Shown: positions 19,569 through 33,493, counted from the stretch's first letter. The stretch is DNA of 64,000 bases from Candidatus Binatia bacterium (GCA_038245295.1 JBBRSP010000002.1:32001-96000); one strand, 5' to 3'. The notes: generated by a model from the sequence alone, not told the origin. Program-made: numbers and translations.

Positions 19569-19943
19569 ATGCGAAGGCGACGTTTGTTGGGATACGCAAT
19601 CTTGTCGGTCGGCTATCTTGTCCTTCTCTGTCCGCGGCTGGTGACAGCGGACGATGCTGCTCTCGCCAAGGCGCGCGAGAACTACCAGAGCTATTGCCAG
19701 AAGTGTCACGGCGAGAACGGCAAGGGCGACGGCCCGGGTGCCGCCATGCTCAACCCGAAGCCGCGCGATTACACCGATTGTAAGGCCATGCAGGGCAAGA
19801 AGGACGACGAGCTCTTCAAGGTCATCAAGGAGGGCGGCGACTCGATCGGCTTGTCGGCCGACATGCAGCCGTTCGGCGGCAATCTTTCCGATGACGAGAT
19901 CCACGAAATGGTGAAGTTCGTGCGCGGCTTCTGCAAGTCTTGA
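19569..19943 (+). CDS. Periplasmic monoheme class I cytochrome c
   Basis: Signal peptide; YCQKCHGENGKGDGP; distal Met MQPF; SD AAGGAG. Confidence 0.92.
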   Translation: MRRRRLLGYAILSVGYLVLLCPRLVTADDAALAKARENYQSYCQKCHGENGKGDGPGAAMLNPKPRDYTDCKAMQGKKDDELFKVIKEGGDSIGLSADMQPFGGNLSDDEIHEMVKFVRGFCKS

Positions 19944-19962
19944 CCATGGGAGCAACGGGCCG

Positions 19963-21897
19963 GTGAGTCGCAGCGCAATCGACAAAGTGCGGGCGGTCAT
20001 TCGCCCGCTGACATGGTTCCGCGACAACGTTCCGTGTCTCGCGGCTTGCCCGGTGAAGACCGACGCCGGCCGCTATGTGCAGCTCATCAGCTCAGGCCAA
20101 TACGACGAAGCGTACGCGGTAGCCCGATCACCAAATCCAATCGCGTCGATTTGCGGTCGCACCTGTGGCGCACCGTGCGAGGACGCCTGCCGCCGCGGCA
20201 AGATCGATTCGCCCGTCGCCATCCGGCCGCTGAAGCGCTTCGTCACCGAACGCTACGGTCCCGAATCCTTCTCACCGCTGACAGCGGAGGCACTGACAAC
20301 CCTTGCCACCGCCGGCAAGCAGAGCACCACTGCGGGGCACGCAGAGAACCTGAGCCTCCATGCGCGCGGCAAGGTCGCGGTCGTCGGTGCCGGCCCCTCC
20401 GGTCTCGCCTGTGCCCATGATCTCGCGGTGATGGGCTATCGCGTCACCGTATTCGAAGCGATGGAGCACGGCGGCGGCATGATGCGTTACGGCATCCCGG
20501 AGTACCGCTTACCGCGCGAGGTAATCGACCGGCAGGTCGATGAGATCCGCGGCCTCGGTGTCGAGTTCGTCTTTGGCCGCAGCCTCGATGCTACCTTCGG
20601 CCTGCGTGAAATCCGCGCCGCTGGCTACGCCGCGATCTTTCTCGGGCTCGGCGCCGGCCGTGGCCGCGACCTTGCCATCGAGGGGGGCGAACTCGACGGC
20701 GTGGTCAAGGCTATCGACTTCTTACTCAACGTGAATCGTGGCTATCGCGTCGACGTCGGCCGCCGCGTCATCGTCGTAGGCGGCGGTCTGGTGGCGCTGG
20801 ATGCGGCGCGCACCGCCGTGCGCGTCTTGTTGAGTGGCGCCGAACGCGCCGCCGAAGAGCTCGGCCGCGTCGTGGGCACGGAAGTTCGCGTCGCCCTCGA
20901 CGCTGCACGCGAGGCGCGGCGTCGGGGTGCTCTCGAGGTGTCGGTCGTCAGTCTCGAACAGCTCGACGAGATGCCGGCAACGCGCTCCGTCCAGGGCCGC
21001 GAAGAAATGGAAGTCACGCGTGACGAAGGAATCGATTTCGAGCCCGGGTGGGGGCCGAAGCGCATCGTCGGCGAGGCTGGGCGTGCGACGGGCATCGAGC
21101 TGATTCGTTGCGCGCGCGTCTTCGACGAGCAGGGGCGCTTCAATCCAAGCTTTGTCGCCGGAAGCGAAAGGATCCTCTCTGCCGATACGATCCTGCTCGC
21201 GGTTGGTCAGCGCTCCGATTACAGCTTCCTGCGGCCGGAGGACGGCGTCGAGTTGGCCCCATCGGGGCTGATCAAGGTTGATCCGAAGACGCTGCAGACG
21301 ACAGCACCCGGAATCTTTGCCGGGGGCGACGGTGCTTTCCCCCCTGGCATGCTCATCACGGCCGCCGAACACGGCAAGCGGGCAGCGGCATCCATCCATG
21401 CTCATCTGAGCGGCGCGACGGCGCCGACGACGATGCGGGTGATTGCCGAGGAGCAGGCACTGGCGACCTACCGGATGCCGGAGCACTACGAACAGATCGC
21501 GCGCCATGTGCCGATGGTACCGGTCAATCGACGCACCGGCATCACCGAAGTCGAAGTCTGTTACACGGAATCCGAGGCCAAGGAGCAAGCCGACCGCTGC
21601 CTCTCGTGCCACGTAGATCCGATTTACAACCGCGATCTCTGCGTCTTGTGCGCGCGCTGCGCCGACATCTGCCCGGAGAACTGCATCAGCTTCGTTCCGG
21701 TCGAGCGCCTGAGCTTGGGTGCCGCGGATGAGATGACCGTCGCGGCCCTGGCACCGGCAGACGGCACGTTCACGGCGTATCTGTACGCCGAAGACCGCTG
21801 CATCCGTTGCGGGCTGTGCGCCATCCGCTGTCCGACAGGCGCCATCACTATGGAGCGATTTCGTTTTGAGGAGGTGTGCGATGAGTCCATCGCCTGA
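19963..21897 (+). CDS. GltD/NfnB-like FAD, NAD(P)-binding Fe-S oxidoreductase with C-terminal 2x[4Fe-4S] domain
   Basis: PCLAACP...CGRTCGAPCEDAC; GAGPSG; GGMMRYGIP; VVGGGLVALD; CVLCARCADICP and CIRCGLCAIRCP. Confidence 0.92.
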   Translation: MSRSAIDKVRAVIRPLTWFRDNVPCLAACPVKTDAGRYVQLISSGQYDEAYAVARSPNPIASICGRTCGAPCEDACRRGKIDSPVAIRPLKRFVTERYGPESFSPLTAEALTTLATAGKQSTTAGHAENLSLHARGKVAVVGAGPSGLACAHDLAVMGYRVTVFEAMEHGGGMMRYGIPEYRLPREVIDRQVDEIRGLGVEFVFGRSLDATFGLREIRAAGYAAIFLGLGAGRGRDLAIEGGELDGVVKAIDFLLNVNRGYRVDVGRRVIVVGGGLVALDAARTAVRVLLSGAERAAEELGRVVGTEVRVALDAAREARRRGALEVSVVSLEQLDEMPATRSVQGREEMEVTRDEGIDFEPGWGPKRIVGEAGRATGIELIRCARVFDEQGRFNPSFVAGSERILSADTILLAVGQRSDYSFLRPEDGVELAPSGLIKVDPKTLQTTAPGIFAGGDGAFPPGMLITAAEHGKRAAASIHAHLSGATAPTTMRVIAEEQALATYRMPEHYEQIARHVPMVPVNRRTGITEVEVCYTESEAKEQADRCLSCHVDPIYNRDLCVLCARCADICPENCISFVPVERLSLGAADEMTVAALAPADGTFTAYLYAEDRCIRCGLCAIRCPTGAITMERFRFEEVCDESIA

Positions 21898-22345
21898 ACC
21901 CGAACGTCGGCGTTTCTTGCAGTGGATTGGCCAGTGGTCGGTGGTGGCGACCGTGCTCACCCAGTTTGCCGGCGTCGTCCGCGCCTTTGTGCCGCGCGTC
22001 CTCTACGAGCCGTCGAAGAAATTCAAGGTTGGCAAGCCGGGCGAGTACCCCGAGGGCGTGACGTTCGTCCCGATGCATCGCTTGTTCGTGATCCGCGAGC
22101 GCAATCAGTTCCACGTCATCTCGGCAACCTGCACGCACCTCGGGTGCTGCGTGGAATGGAAGGCGAAGACCGACGAGTTCGATTGCCCGTGTCACGGCAG
22201 CAAATTCAAAGCGGACGGGACGGCGTTTGCGGGACCCGCGCCGCGATCCCTTTCGTTGCATCCGTTGAGTGTCTCCGGCGACGGCTTCCTGGTCGTGGAT
22301 TCGGGGAAATCGGTCCCGGCAAACTACCGCTTCGCGGTGGCCTGA
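21881..22345 (+). CDS. Rieske [2Fe-2S] subunit
   Basis: Tat-like ERRRFL anchor; CTHLGC and CPCHGSKF. Confidence 0.95.
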   Translation: MSPSPEPERRRFLQWIGQWSVVATVLTQFAGVVRAFVPRVLYEPSKKFKVGKPGEYPEGVTFVPMHRLFVIRERNQFHVISATCTHLGCCVEWKAKTDEFDCPCHGSKFKADGTAFAGPAPRSLSLHPLSVSGDGFLVVDSGKSVPANYRFAVA

Positions 22346-22378
22346 GGGCAGGCGTATCGGCGCGGGGAATGGGAGAGC

Positions 22379-23689
22379 ATGACCATGCGAGCGAAACTGA
22401 ACCGGTTATGGCGCCGGGCAACGTGGTCGTGGAGCCCGGCGAGTGAACGCGAAGCAAGCACGGCGATCGTCGAGAATCTCTGGCTGCACTGGTTCCCCGC
22501 CAAAGTAGCGGAGGAGAGTTTTTCTTGGAGCTACAGTCTGTGGCTCGGAACCATTTCGGCCTTTCTGTTCCTCATCCTGATCGTCACCGGTATCCTGCTG
22601 ATGTTCTTCTATGTTCCGTCGACGCAACTGGCGTACTGGAGCATTAAGGATATCCATTACGTCGTCGGCTTCGGTTGGCTGCTACGCAACCAACACCGCT
22701 GGGCGGCGCACCTCATGGTGCTGGCGGTCTTCCTGCACATGTTGCGGGTCTTCTTCACCGGCGCCTACCGGGCGCAACGGTCGACCAACTGGCTGGTTGG
22801 CATCGTGTTGTTGCTGGTGACCTTGTTCCTCTCCTTCACGGGCTATCTGCTGCCTTGGGATCAGTTGGCGTTCTGGGCGGTCACGGTCGGTACCAACATC
22901 GCAAAGGAAGCGCCGGTCGTCGGATCGGCGCTGCAGTTCGTCTTGTTGGGTGGGACGGAAATTGGCCAGAGCACGTTGGTCCGGTTCTACGTCCTCCACG
23001 TCGTCGTGCTGCCGGCGGCAGCACTCGTGCTCTTCGCGTACCACATGTGGCGCGTGCGCCGCGACGGCGGCATGGCCGTGACCGATCCGGCGGCGGCCGT
23101 TGTCGCCACGCCGCAGGATGCGGCGTCGGTTGGCGGTAAAACCTATTCGCTGTTCGGCGTGACCCCGGGTACCAGTCTCGAGACACGCGCCGCCGGCCCG
23201 ATTCCTGACGGCACCGGAGTTTTTTCCGCGCCGCACATGCTGCGGCGATTGATGCTGGTGTTTCTCGCCGTGTTCACGGTCACCATCGTCCTGAGTCTGA
23301 TCTCCGGCGCACCGCTCGAGGAACCGGCCAACGCCACGTTGACGCCAAATCCGGCGAAGGCGCCGTGGTACTTCTTGTGGCTGCAGGAGCTCGTCGCCAT
23401 CACGACGTTGCGCCTCGGTGGCTTCACCCTCAGTGGTGGACTGATCGGCGGCATCCTGGTTCCGGGTGTTTTGCTCATGGCGGGCGTGCTCTGGCCCTTT
23501 TTCGATCGTAGCCCTCTGCATACGGTGGGCCGATGGTTCCCGCGCGAGCGCCGTCTCCAGAATGGCGTGCTCTGTGTCATCGCCCTCATCATGCTCGTCC
23601 TGGTGCTGATCGGCATGCTCATGCGCGGTCCGTACTGGCAGCTTTACTGGCCCTGGCAGGCATGGCCGGAAATGCCGCGTCGGCTCTAG
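22379..23689 (+). CDS. Cytochrome b (b6-like plus fused subunit IV-like part)
   Basis: HRWAAHLMVLAVFLH; FTGYLLPWDQLAFWA; RFYVLH-x14-H; PNPAKAPWYF at the PEWY position. Confidence 0.95.
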   Translation: MTMRAKLNRLWRRATWSWSPASEREASTAIVENLWLHWFPAKVAEESFSWSYSLWLGTISAFLFLILIVTGILLMFFYVPSTQLAYWSIKDIHYVVGFGWLLRNQHRWAAHLMVLAVFLHMLRVFFTGAYRAQRSTNWLVGIVLLLVTLFLSFTGYLLPWDQLAFWAVTVGTNIAKEAPVVGSALQFVLLGGTEIGQSTLVRFYVLHVVVLPAAALVLFAYHMWRVRRDGGMAVTDPAAAVVATPQDAASVGGKTYSLFGVTPGTSLETRAAGPIPDGTGVFSAPHMLRRLMLVFLAVFTVTIVLSLISGAPLEEPANATLTPNPAKAPWYFLWLQELVAITTLRLGGFTLSGGLIGGILVPGVLLMAGVLWPFFDRSPLHTVGRWFPRERRLQNGVLCVIALIMLVLVLIGMLMRGPYWQLYWPWQAWPEMPRRL

Positions 23690-23696
23690 GTGTAAA

Positions 23697-24974
23697 ATGA
23701 GCAGCTCGAGATTCAGCTGGAACCGCGATTTCTGGCCACTGCTGGTGGCCTCGATCGCTTCGTTCGTCGTCGTCATGGTCGTTGCGTACCGCGAGTACAC
23801 ACCGGAATGGCGGCACCACACGCAAGTGTTGCGCAGCTACCTGACCGGCCGCGGCGCCTACGATGCAGCCGCCGCGGTACCCGACGGCGTGCAGCAAATC
23901 TGGCTACCGAAGCTTGATCGCGTCGATCGCTGCATGAGCTGTCACGTCAACTATGACGGCTCGATTTCTCCGCTCGCCGATCTGCCGCCGCTCTACCGGC
24001 CACATCCCGACCTGCCGTACATGGCCAAGCATCCCTTCCCCACCTTCGGCTGCACAGCCTGTCACGGCGGGCAGGGCTACGCACTGGATGAGGCCGGGGC
24101 GCACGGCCTGGAGGAGCACTGGGATGATCCGCTGCTCACCACCAAGTTGGCAAGCGGGTCCGGGCTGACGCGCGCCCAGCTCATGGAGATCAAGTGCAAT
24201 ACCTGCCATCGCGCCGATGACAGAACGGCTGGCACCGATCTCATCAACATGGCCAAGGAAATCGTCGACAAGAAGCATTGCACCTCGTGTCACGGCTTAC
24301 AGGGCCGAGGCGGATTGGCAGCGTCGGATCTCACGTACGACGGCGACCTCAACCCCGAGCTGCTCGACTTCTCCACGGTCGAGGGACCGAGGACGCTGCT
24401 CAACTGGCAGGTCCAGCACTTCAAGAGTCCGCAGCAGGTGACGCCGCACAGCGGTATGCCGAACTACAAGCTGAACGACGACCAGGCACGCGCCCTGGCG
24501 CTGTTGATGCTGAGCTGGCAGCGCATCAGCTTTCCGCCTGAATATGTGCCGGCGGCGCGGCAACGGCCCCCGGCGGTCCTGCCTGTGGTCCGCGAAGTCC
24601 CGTATCCGCCGGCTGCCTCGTCACCGCTCGCCGAACAGGGACGCTACGTATTCAGCAACCGCGGCTGCAACACTTGCCATCGTGTCGGTGGTGGAAAGCT
24701 CATCGGCCCGGATCTCGCAGGTGTGGCGCAACGCCGTAATGACCGCTGGCTAACGACCTGGTTGAAAGATCCGGCCGCCGTGGTGGCAAAGGACGCCGAG
24801 CTGCAAGTCTGGTCGCGCGAGTTTGGCGACATCATCATGCCGAACCAGAACCTCGACGATAAGGAGATCGAGGCGCTGATTGCGTACATGAAGGAGTTCG
24901 CCAGCGGCGTCAGCGAGCTGCTCGGAACGGCGTCACCCACGCCTCCGCCCACGCCATCGTCTCCGGCTAGTTGA
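23697..24974 (+). CDS. Membrane-anchored pentaheme cytochrome c
   Basis: N-terminal TM helix; five CxxCH motifs: CMSCH, CTACH, CNTCH, CTSCH, CNTCH. Confidence 0.92.
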   Translation: MSSSRFSWNRDFWPLLVASIASFVVVMVVAYREYTPEWRHHTQVLRSYLTGRGAYDAAAAVPDGVQQIWLPKLDRVDRCMSCHVNYDGSISPLADLPPLYRPHPDLPYMAKHPFPTFGCTACHGGQGYALDEAGAHGLEEHWDDPLLTTKLASGSGLTRAQLMEIKCNTCHRADDRTAGTDLINMAKEIVDKKHCTSCHGLQGRGGLAASDLTYDGDLNPELLDFSTVEGPRTLLNWQVQHFKSPQQVTPHSGMPNYKLNDDQARALALLMLSWQRISFPPEYVPAARQRPPAVLPVVREVPYPPAASSPLAEQGRYVFSNRGCNTCHRVGGGKLIGPDLAGVAQRRNDRWLTTWLKDPAAVVAKDAELQVWSREFGDIIMPNQNLDDKEIEALIAYMKEFASGVSELLGTASPTPPPTPSSPAS

Positions 24975-25055
24975 AAGCGCCCCCTTCGCACTGGCTCAGC
25001 GCGGGCTTCGCCCGCAACCCAAGAAGGACACTGGATACCGCGGCAGGCCAACACA

Positions 25056-25198
25056 CTCCCTCTCCCAGCTCGAGCCGAGTGGCGACAGCTGGGAGAGGGC
25101 CGGGGTGAGGGTTCATAAGCGAATCCGGATGCCATCGGCGGGCCCTCACCCCGACCCTCTCCCACCTCATAAGGTTGCGCTCGAAGTGGGAGAGGGAG
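25056..25198. repeat. CCCTCTCCC...GGGAGAGGG palindromic repeat pair
   Basis: Two inverted units, each CCCTCACCCC-N-CCCTCTCCC...GGGAGAGGG; related hairpin at 50774-50812. Confidence 0.7.
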
Positions 25199-25504
25199 CG
25201 CTTGTCTTTCGTCTCCCGTGGGCGACCACCGGCCATCATCACTTCGCGGGGGGAAGGCCTCTTGGGCAGTGGCAACTTCAGCGCCCTATGCAAAGACTTT
25301 CGGCGATAGTAGATCAGCGTGTGGTTGACCGCGGTGACGACTTGGGGCCGTGCGATTCCGGAACCGAAGGGGCGACTCCACTACGCTTGAGCGAAGCCGG
25401 GCCCGCATAGGGCAATTCCTAATCGTGGGAAGGGGCGCGGTGGTCTTCCCAAACTCTGGCTCCGGTCGGCGGCGAGTTCCGACATCCGTGCACGTCATGG
25501 ACGG

Positions 25505-25520
25505 CGGCACGGCAATCGCT
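25505..25520 (+). promoter_or_regulatory. Possible sigma54 promoter of PFOR gene
   Basis: CGGCACGGCAATCGCT has GG-N10-GC spacing; would give a nearly leaderless mRNA. Confidence 0.3.
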
Positions 25521-25533
25521 CTTCTGATGGAGC

Positions 25534-29096
<3,563 letters not shown>

Positions 29097-29100
<4 letters not shown>

Positions 29101-30095
29101 CAATGGATCTGACTACCAAATACATGGGCCTCGAACTGCGCCATCCTTTCGTGAGTGGGGCTTCGCCCTTAGTCGACGACATGGCAATGGTTCGCCGGCT
29201 GGAGGATGCCGGCGCCGCCGCGGTTGTCATGCACTCGTTATTCGAAGAGCAGATCCTGGCGGAACAACAGGCGACGATTGAGGCGCTCGAAGCCAGTGAG
29301 GACAGCTTCTCGGAAGCACGCTCGTTCCTTCCGGACTCACAGCACTTTCGTATCGGCCCTGACCAGTACCTAGAGCAGATCCGTCGATTGAAGGATGCGC
29401 TTTCCGTCCCGGTCATCGCGTCGTTGAACGGGGTGACGCCGAGCGGATGGTTGCGCCATGCGAAGTTGTGCGAGAGCGCTGGCGCCGACGGCCTCGAACT
29501 CAACGTCTACTACGTTGGCAACCAACGCACGGACACGGCGGAGATCGTCGAGACGCGGCTGCTGCGGATGGTTGGCGTTTTGAAAGAGGAGCTGCACATC
29601 CCGGTCGCGGTGAAGCTATCGCCGTTCTTCACTAATTTCATCAACGTCGCCGATGCTCTCGACGCGCAGGGCGCCGATGCGTTGGTGGTGTTCAACCGCT
29701 TCTATCAGCCCGACATCGATATCGACGGGCTCGAGGTCGTTCCGAGCCTGCGGCTCTCCGATTCGTCCGAGTTGCTGCTGCGCCTACGCTGGCTGGCGGC
29801 GCTCCACGGTCGGGTCCGCGCCTCGCTGGCCTGCACCGGCGGCGTACACACGGCGCAAGACGCAATCAAAGCCCTCATGGCCGGCGCCGACAGTGTGCAG
29901 ATGGTCTCGGCATTATTGTCGAACGGCCCGGAGCATCTGCAGCGCATTCGGCGTGAAGTGGAAGAGTGGCTCGAGCAGCACGAATACTCGTCGCTCAGCC
30001 AACTACGCGGCAGCATGAGTCTCGACCGCTGCCCTGATCCGGCGGCCTTCGAGCGCGCGAACTACTTGAGAGTGTTGCAGTCCTGGCGCGGTTAA
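29097..30095 (+). CDS. Dihydroorotate dehydrogenase-like FMN protein (PFOR-associated)
   Basis: DLTTKYMGLELRHP, SLFEEQI, VIASLNG, VKLSPFF, FNRFYQPDID, FERANY; ATGA overlap with nifJ. Confidence 0.92.
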
Positions 30096-30108
30096 ACCCC
30101 CAGCCCGG

Positions 30109-30130
30109 AAAAAGGGGACAGGACCCTTTT
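30109..30130. terminator. Hairpin between convergent genes (possible bidirectional terminator)
   Basis: AAAAAGGGGACAGGACCCTTTT. Confidence 0.4.
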
Positions 30131-30241
30131 CTCGGCAACCGTTTCCTCAATGAAATGGGGGCCAGAAGCGCCTGAAATGGGGGCTGGACCCCTTTACTTA
30201 CTGTGCCTCGGTCGGCGTGGGCAGGGGCGTGGGCGAGGGAC

Positions 30242-30628
30242 TTACGCGGCTACGGCATGGTCGGGGTATGCGGCGAGCATGGATTTGAGATCGTCGACAA
30301 AGTCATGGCCGCAGGCGGTCGTCTTGGGAACAAACGCATGCGCGCCAAGGTCGGCCGCACGATGGCGCGTCTCAGCATCTTCGAGATTTGAAACGATGAC
30401 GATTGGCGTGGTCACGCCGCGGGCGCGGACGCTGGCAAGAAATTGGAAGCCATCCATCCGGGGCAACAAAACATCGAGCAGGATGCAATCGGGCCTACGC
30501 GACTTGAGGACATCGAGGCCTTCCAAACCGTCGGCGGCAGTGACGACATCGAAGCCCGCACGCCTCAGCTGAGCGCTGAGAATCCAACGAATATCGATGC
30601 TGTTGTCGATCACCAACACACAACTCAT
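30242..30628 (-). CDS. Single-domain response regulator (receiver)
   Basis: VLVIDNS...AADGLEGL...PDCILLDVLLPRMDG...VSN...FVPK; SD GAGGAG. Confidence 0.88.
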   Translation of the reverse strand: MSCVLVIDNSIDIRWILSAQLRRAGFDVVTAADGLEGLDVLKSRRPDCILLDVLLPRMDGFQFLASVRARGVTTPIVIVSNLEDAETRHRAADLGAHAFVPKTTACGHDFVDDLKSMLAAYPDHAVAA

Positions 30629-30785
30629 GAGAGAACTCCTCTTCGGCATCGGCCGAATACGATCCGTTGTCTCTCTCTGGTGAGGAATCGCTCGACTTTG
30701 TTGCGTTGATCTTGCAGCCGGGAGTGGAAATCGCGCCCCGAACCCCGAACCCTCCGCGTCAGCACCAATCGACAACCGCTCCACG

Positions 30786-30816
30786 AAAAAGGGGCATGAG
30801 CCTGCGCTCATGCCCC
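30786..30816 (-). terminator. Rho-independent terminator
   Basis: GGGGCATGAGC-loop-GCTCATGCCCC followed by TTTTT on the minus strand, 24 nt after the stop. Confidence 0.8.
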
Positions 30817-30839
30817 TGGTTTCCTTGAGAGATTGCGAA

Positions 30840-32375
30840 TTACTTGAAGTTGGCCGTGACCGAGAGGTTGGCGTTCATCGTCACGCTGCAGGTCCTGGCA
30901 GTGCCGCTGCAGGCGCCAGCCCAACCGACCCAGGGTGAACCGACATCCGGAGTTGCGGTGAGAGTGACAACCGTGCCGGGTGCGTAGCTCGCGGCCGACG
31001 GTGAGCTGGCGACGGTGCCTTTGCCATTCTTGGAGACGCTCAGCTTGTAGGTGGTCGACGTCGTGGTCGTGCCACCACCGCCACCGCCACCGCCACCACC
31101 GCCACCGCTGGGGGGCTGCACGGCGAAGACCGCACCGACTTCTGTATGTCCGTTGGCAGGCGCAGAGCAGGTCAAAGCCGTACCGGTGCAGGCGCCGGTC
31201 CAACCAGAGAAGATGCTGCCGCTCGCTGGCTTCGCCGTGAGCGTTACGATCGTACCCGCATTGTACGGAGCTTCACACTTGTTGCCGCATGAGATGCGCT
31301 TGTCGGCGGAGTCGACGTTGCCGATGCCCGTGCCACTCTTGGTAACGGTGAGCGAGTCGGCCTGCACGTTGACCGCCACCATCTGTGTGCTGACAAGGAG
31401 GCCGACTTCATCAAGGGCTGGCGCCGTGCAGGTAAGATCGGCGCACAGTGCCATATGGTTATTCGGGTCGTAGTTGCCAATGTACTCCCACGTCTCGATA
31501 CGACGGACGACCGAGCGGGTGGTGGCCTTCAGATCGCGGCCCAACTGCTTCTTCGAATGTGAACCGGAGGGCAGGCCCGGAGGATCCGCCTGGATGAGGC
31601 TCCAGCTGGACTCGATCTGGGCCGGATCCATCGGCACTACCGCCGGATTGTCGGCGACGAGTTCGTTGAGGTTCACCTCGCGTGAGAGCTCGGTAACAAA
31701 GACGCGCTGCCACGAGGCTTCACCATATTGAGGGGGAACCGCGGGCACCGGTGGCGGAGCCGGCACTGGTGGCGGGATCACGATGACAACCTGGGCCGGA
31801 AGGCCGGGCTGCGCCGGTGGCTGAACGTAGTAAGACGGGTAGGGGACCAAAGTCGGAGGATCGACTGGTGCGATGGTGCCGGGGTTGGCCGGATCTTCAC
31901 AGAGCCAGCGCGCGGTCATGTTCGTGATGCTGCCGGCGCCGATACGAGCGGTACCGAAGTGTTCGCAGCCTGAGTCCTGGTAGGTGGCCGGATTCCACTG
32001 ATAGCACTGGCCCGGGAACCACGGCACCGTGTGCGGCAAGGTGCGGGCGGCGAAAGTCTGTGTGTTCGGATCGAACGGGCTCTCCCACCGCACGGCGACG
32101 CCGGTCTGATTGAGGAACGAGCTCGGTGTGCCGTAACGGTTGGCCGAGAACGAGGCGCCCGGCTGCATCACGGTCGTCTGGCCATCGAGGTCGATCTCGA
32201 AGCCGTGACAGATCCTGCCCGTGTCGTTCGAGATGTCGAAGTTGCCGACTGAGCCATAGATAATCGCGGACTGCGCGTGAGCGCCGCTCGCGGCTGCCAT
32301 CATACCCAGCGCGACTGCGGCGCCGAGTGTCGTCTTGCGCAGCCGCGACCGGGGCTGTACGGAATTGAATTTCAT
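30840..32375 (-). CDS. Secreted protein with two divergent InlB B-repeat-like domains and poly-Gly linker
   Basis: Signal ...GAHA/Q; C-terminal LTVTKSGTG...VTLTAKPASGSIFSGWTGAC and VTLTATPDVGSPWVGWAGACSG; G12 tract. Confidence 0.85.
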   Translation of the reverse strand: MKFNSVQPRSRLRKTTLGAAVALGMMAAASGAHAQSAIIYGSVGNFDISNDTGRICHGFEIDLDGQTTVMQPGASFSANRYGTPSSFLNQTGVAVRWESPFDPNTQTFAARTLPHTVPWFPGQCYQWNPATYQDSGCEHFGTARIGAGSITNMTARWLCEDPANPGTIAPVDPPTLVPYPSYYVQPPAQPGLPAQVVIVIPPPVPAPPPVPAVPPQYGEASWQRVFVTELSREVNLNELVADNPAVVPMDPAQIESSWSLIQADPPGLPSGSHSKKQLGRDLKATTRSVVRRIETWEYIGNYDPNNHMALCADLTCTAPALDEVGLLVSTQMVAVNVQADSLTVTKSGTGIGNVDSADKRISCGNKCEAPYNAGTIVTLTAKPASGSIFSGWTGACTGTALTCSAPANGHTEVGAVFAVQPPSGGGGGGGGGGGGTTTTSTTYKLSVSKNGKGTVASSPSAASYAPGTVVTLTATPDVGSPWVGWAGACSGTARTCSVTMNANLSVTANFK

Positions 32376-32437
32376 CTTGTTTCTCCTTTGTTTTGCGTGA
32401 GGAGTGGTGTTCCTCACTTGCTTGCCAGGAGTACATC

Positions 32438-32453
32438 GCAAGACGCGGGCCAA
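32438..32453 (-). promoter_or_regulatory. Putative sigma54 promoter
   Basis: Minus strand TTGGCCCGCGTCTTGC, close to the TGGCACG-N4-TTGC consensus, ~63 nt upstream of ATG 32375. Confidence 0.55.
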
Positions 32454-32667
32454 CTCTGACGCACAGGTGTCGAACACCGAATGCACAACGCCGCCGCGAC
32501 GATTGGGCTAAAGGACCCTACCGTCGACGCGGCTTGGGGCGTGTGACGCAGGGTGCGATCAGTGGTTTCCGCGCGCCGCGAAAGATCACGGATGATTCCC
32601 AACCGTGCGTTGTTGGTGCGCCACGCCATGCGGCGCTAGGGCAGTGTGCGCTGGTGAAGGAGATCAA

Positions 32668-33411
32668 ATGAAAGGCACTGTTGTCATCACGGGGGCGTCA
32701 GCGGGCATCGGACGCGCCCTCGCCGTCGAGTTCGCTCGGCGCGGATATCATCTTGGCTTGACCGCGCGGCGCCTTGGCGTGCTGGAAGAACTGCGCACCG
32801 AGTTGCTGGGAAATTCTCAAGGCGATTTGCGGGTCGAGCTTGCCGTGCTCGATGTCGATCAGGACGCCACGGTAGGCCCAACACTCAAGGGCCTGTTCGA
32901 AGCCCTGGGCGGCGTCGACATCGTTGTGGTGAATGCGGGAGTCAACGGCTTCACGTCGGTCGGCAAGGGCGACCTGGCGAAAGAGAAGCAGGTGCTGCAG
33001 ACCAACTTGATTGGGGCGATCGCCACGGTGAACGCCGCCTGCGAATACTTCATCGCGCGCGGCGCCGGCCAGGTTGTCGGCATCTCCTCCCTCGCCGCGC
33101 TGCAGGGCATTCCGAAACAGGCCGCCTATTGCGCCAGCAAAGCGGGGTTCTCGATGTACCTCGACGCAGCGCGGGTAGAGCTCAAACGCAACAACATCCG
33201 CGTCACCAAGATTCTTCCGGGCTTCGTGAAAACCGAGATCATGGAGAATATCGAGAAGTACCCATTCGCCGTGTCTGCCGAGGATGCCGCTCGCGAAATG
33301 GTAACGATCATCCAGAAGGGCAAGCGGCTTGGCGTCGTCCCTGCCTTCCCATGGAAGTGGCTGCGGCCGATCTTCGGCCACATTCCCGACGCAATCTTTT
33401 CCCGCTTGTGA
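32668..33411 (+). CDS. Short-chain dehydrogenase/reductase
   Basis: TGASAGIG, VNAG, YCASK, PGFVKT. Confidence 0.95.
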   Translation: MKGTVVITGASAGIGRALAVEFARRGYHLGLTARRLGVLEELRTELLGNSQGDLRVELAVLDVDQDATVGPTLKGLFEALGGVDIVVVNAGVNGFTSVGKGDLAKEKQVLQTNLIGAIATVNAACEYFIARGAGQVVGISSLAALQGIPKQAAYCASKAGFSMYLDAARVELKRNNIRVTKILPGFVKTEIMENIEKYPFAVSAEDAAREMVTIIQKGKRLGVVPAFPWKWLRPIFGHIPDAIFSRL

Positions 33412-33493
33412 GTTCCTCCGTCCCCCCGTCTCCGTTCGGCTCGAGAACTCTCGCTTTCGACACCCAGGCGCGGGCGGGGGCGGGGGCGCGGGT

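Noticed and set aside
21598..21612. CLSCH (CxxCH) motif in the flavoprotein as a heme c site
   Set aside because: The protein has no export signal and the motif is the EAxRCLxC-type Fe-S-associated segment common in GltD-like proteins.
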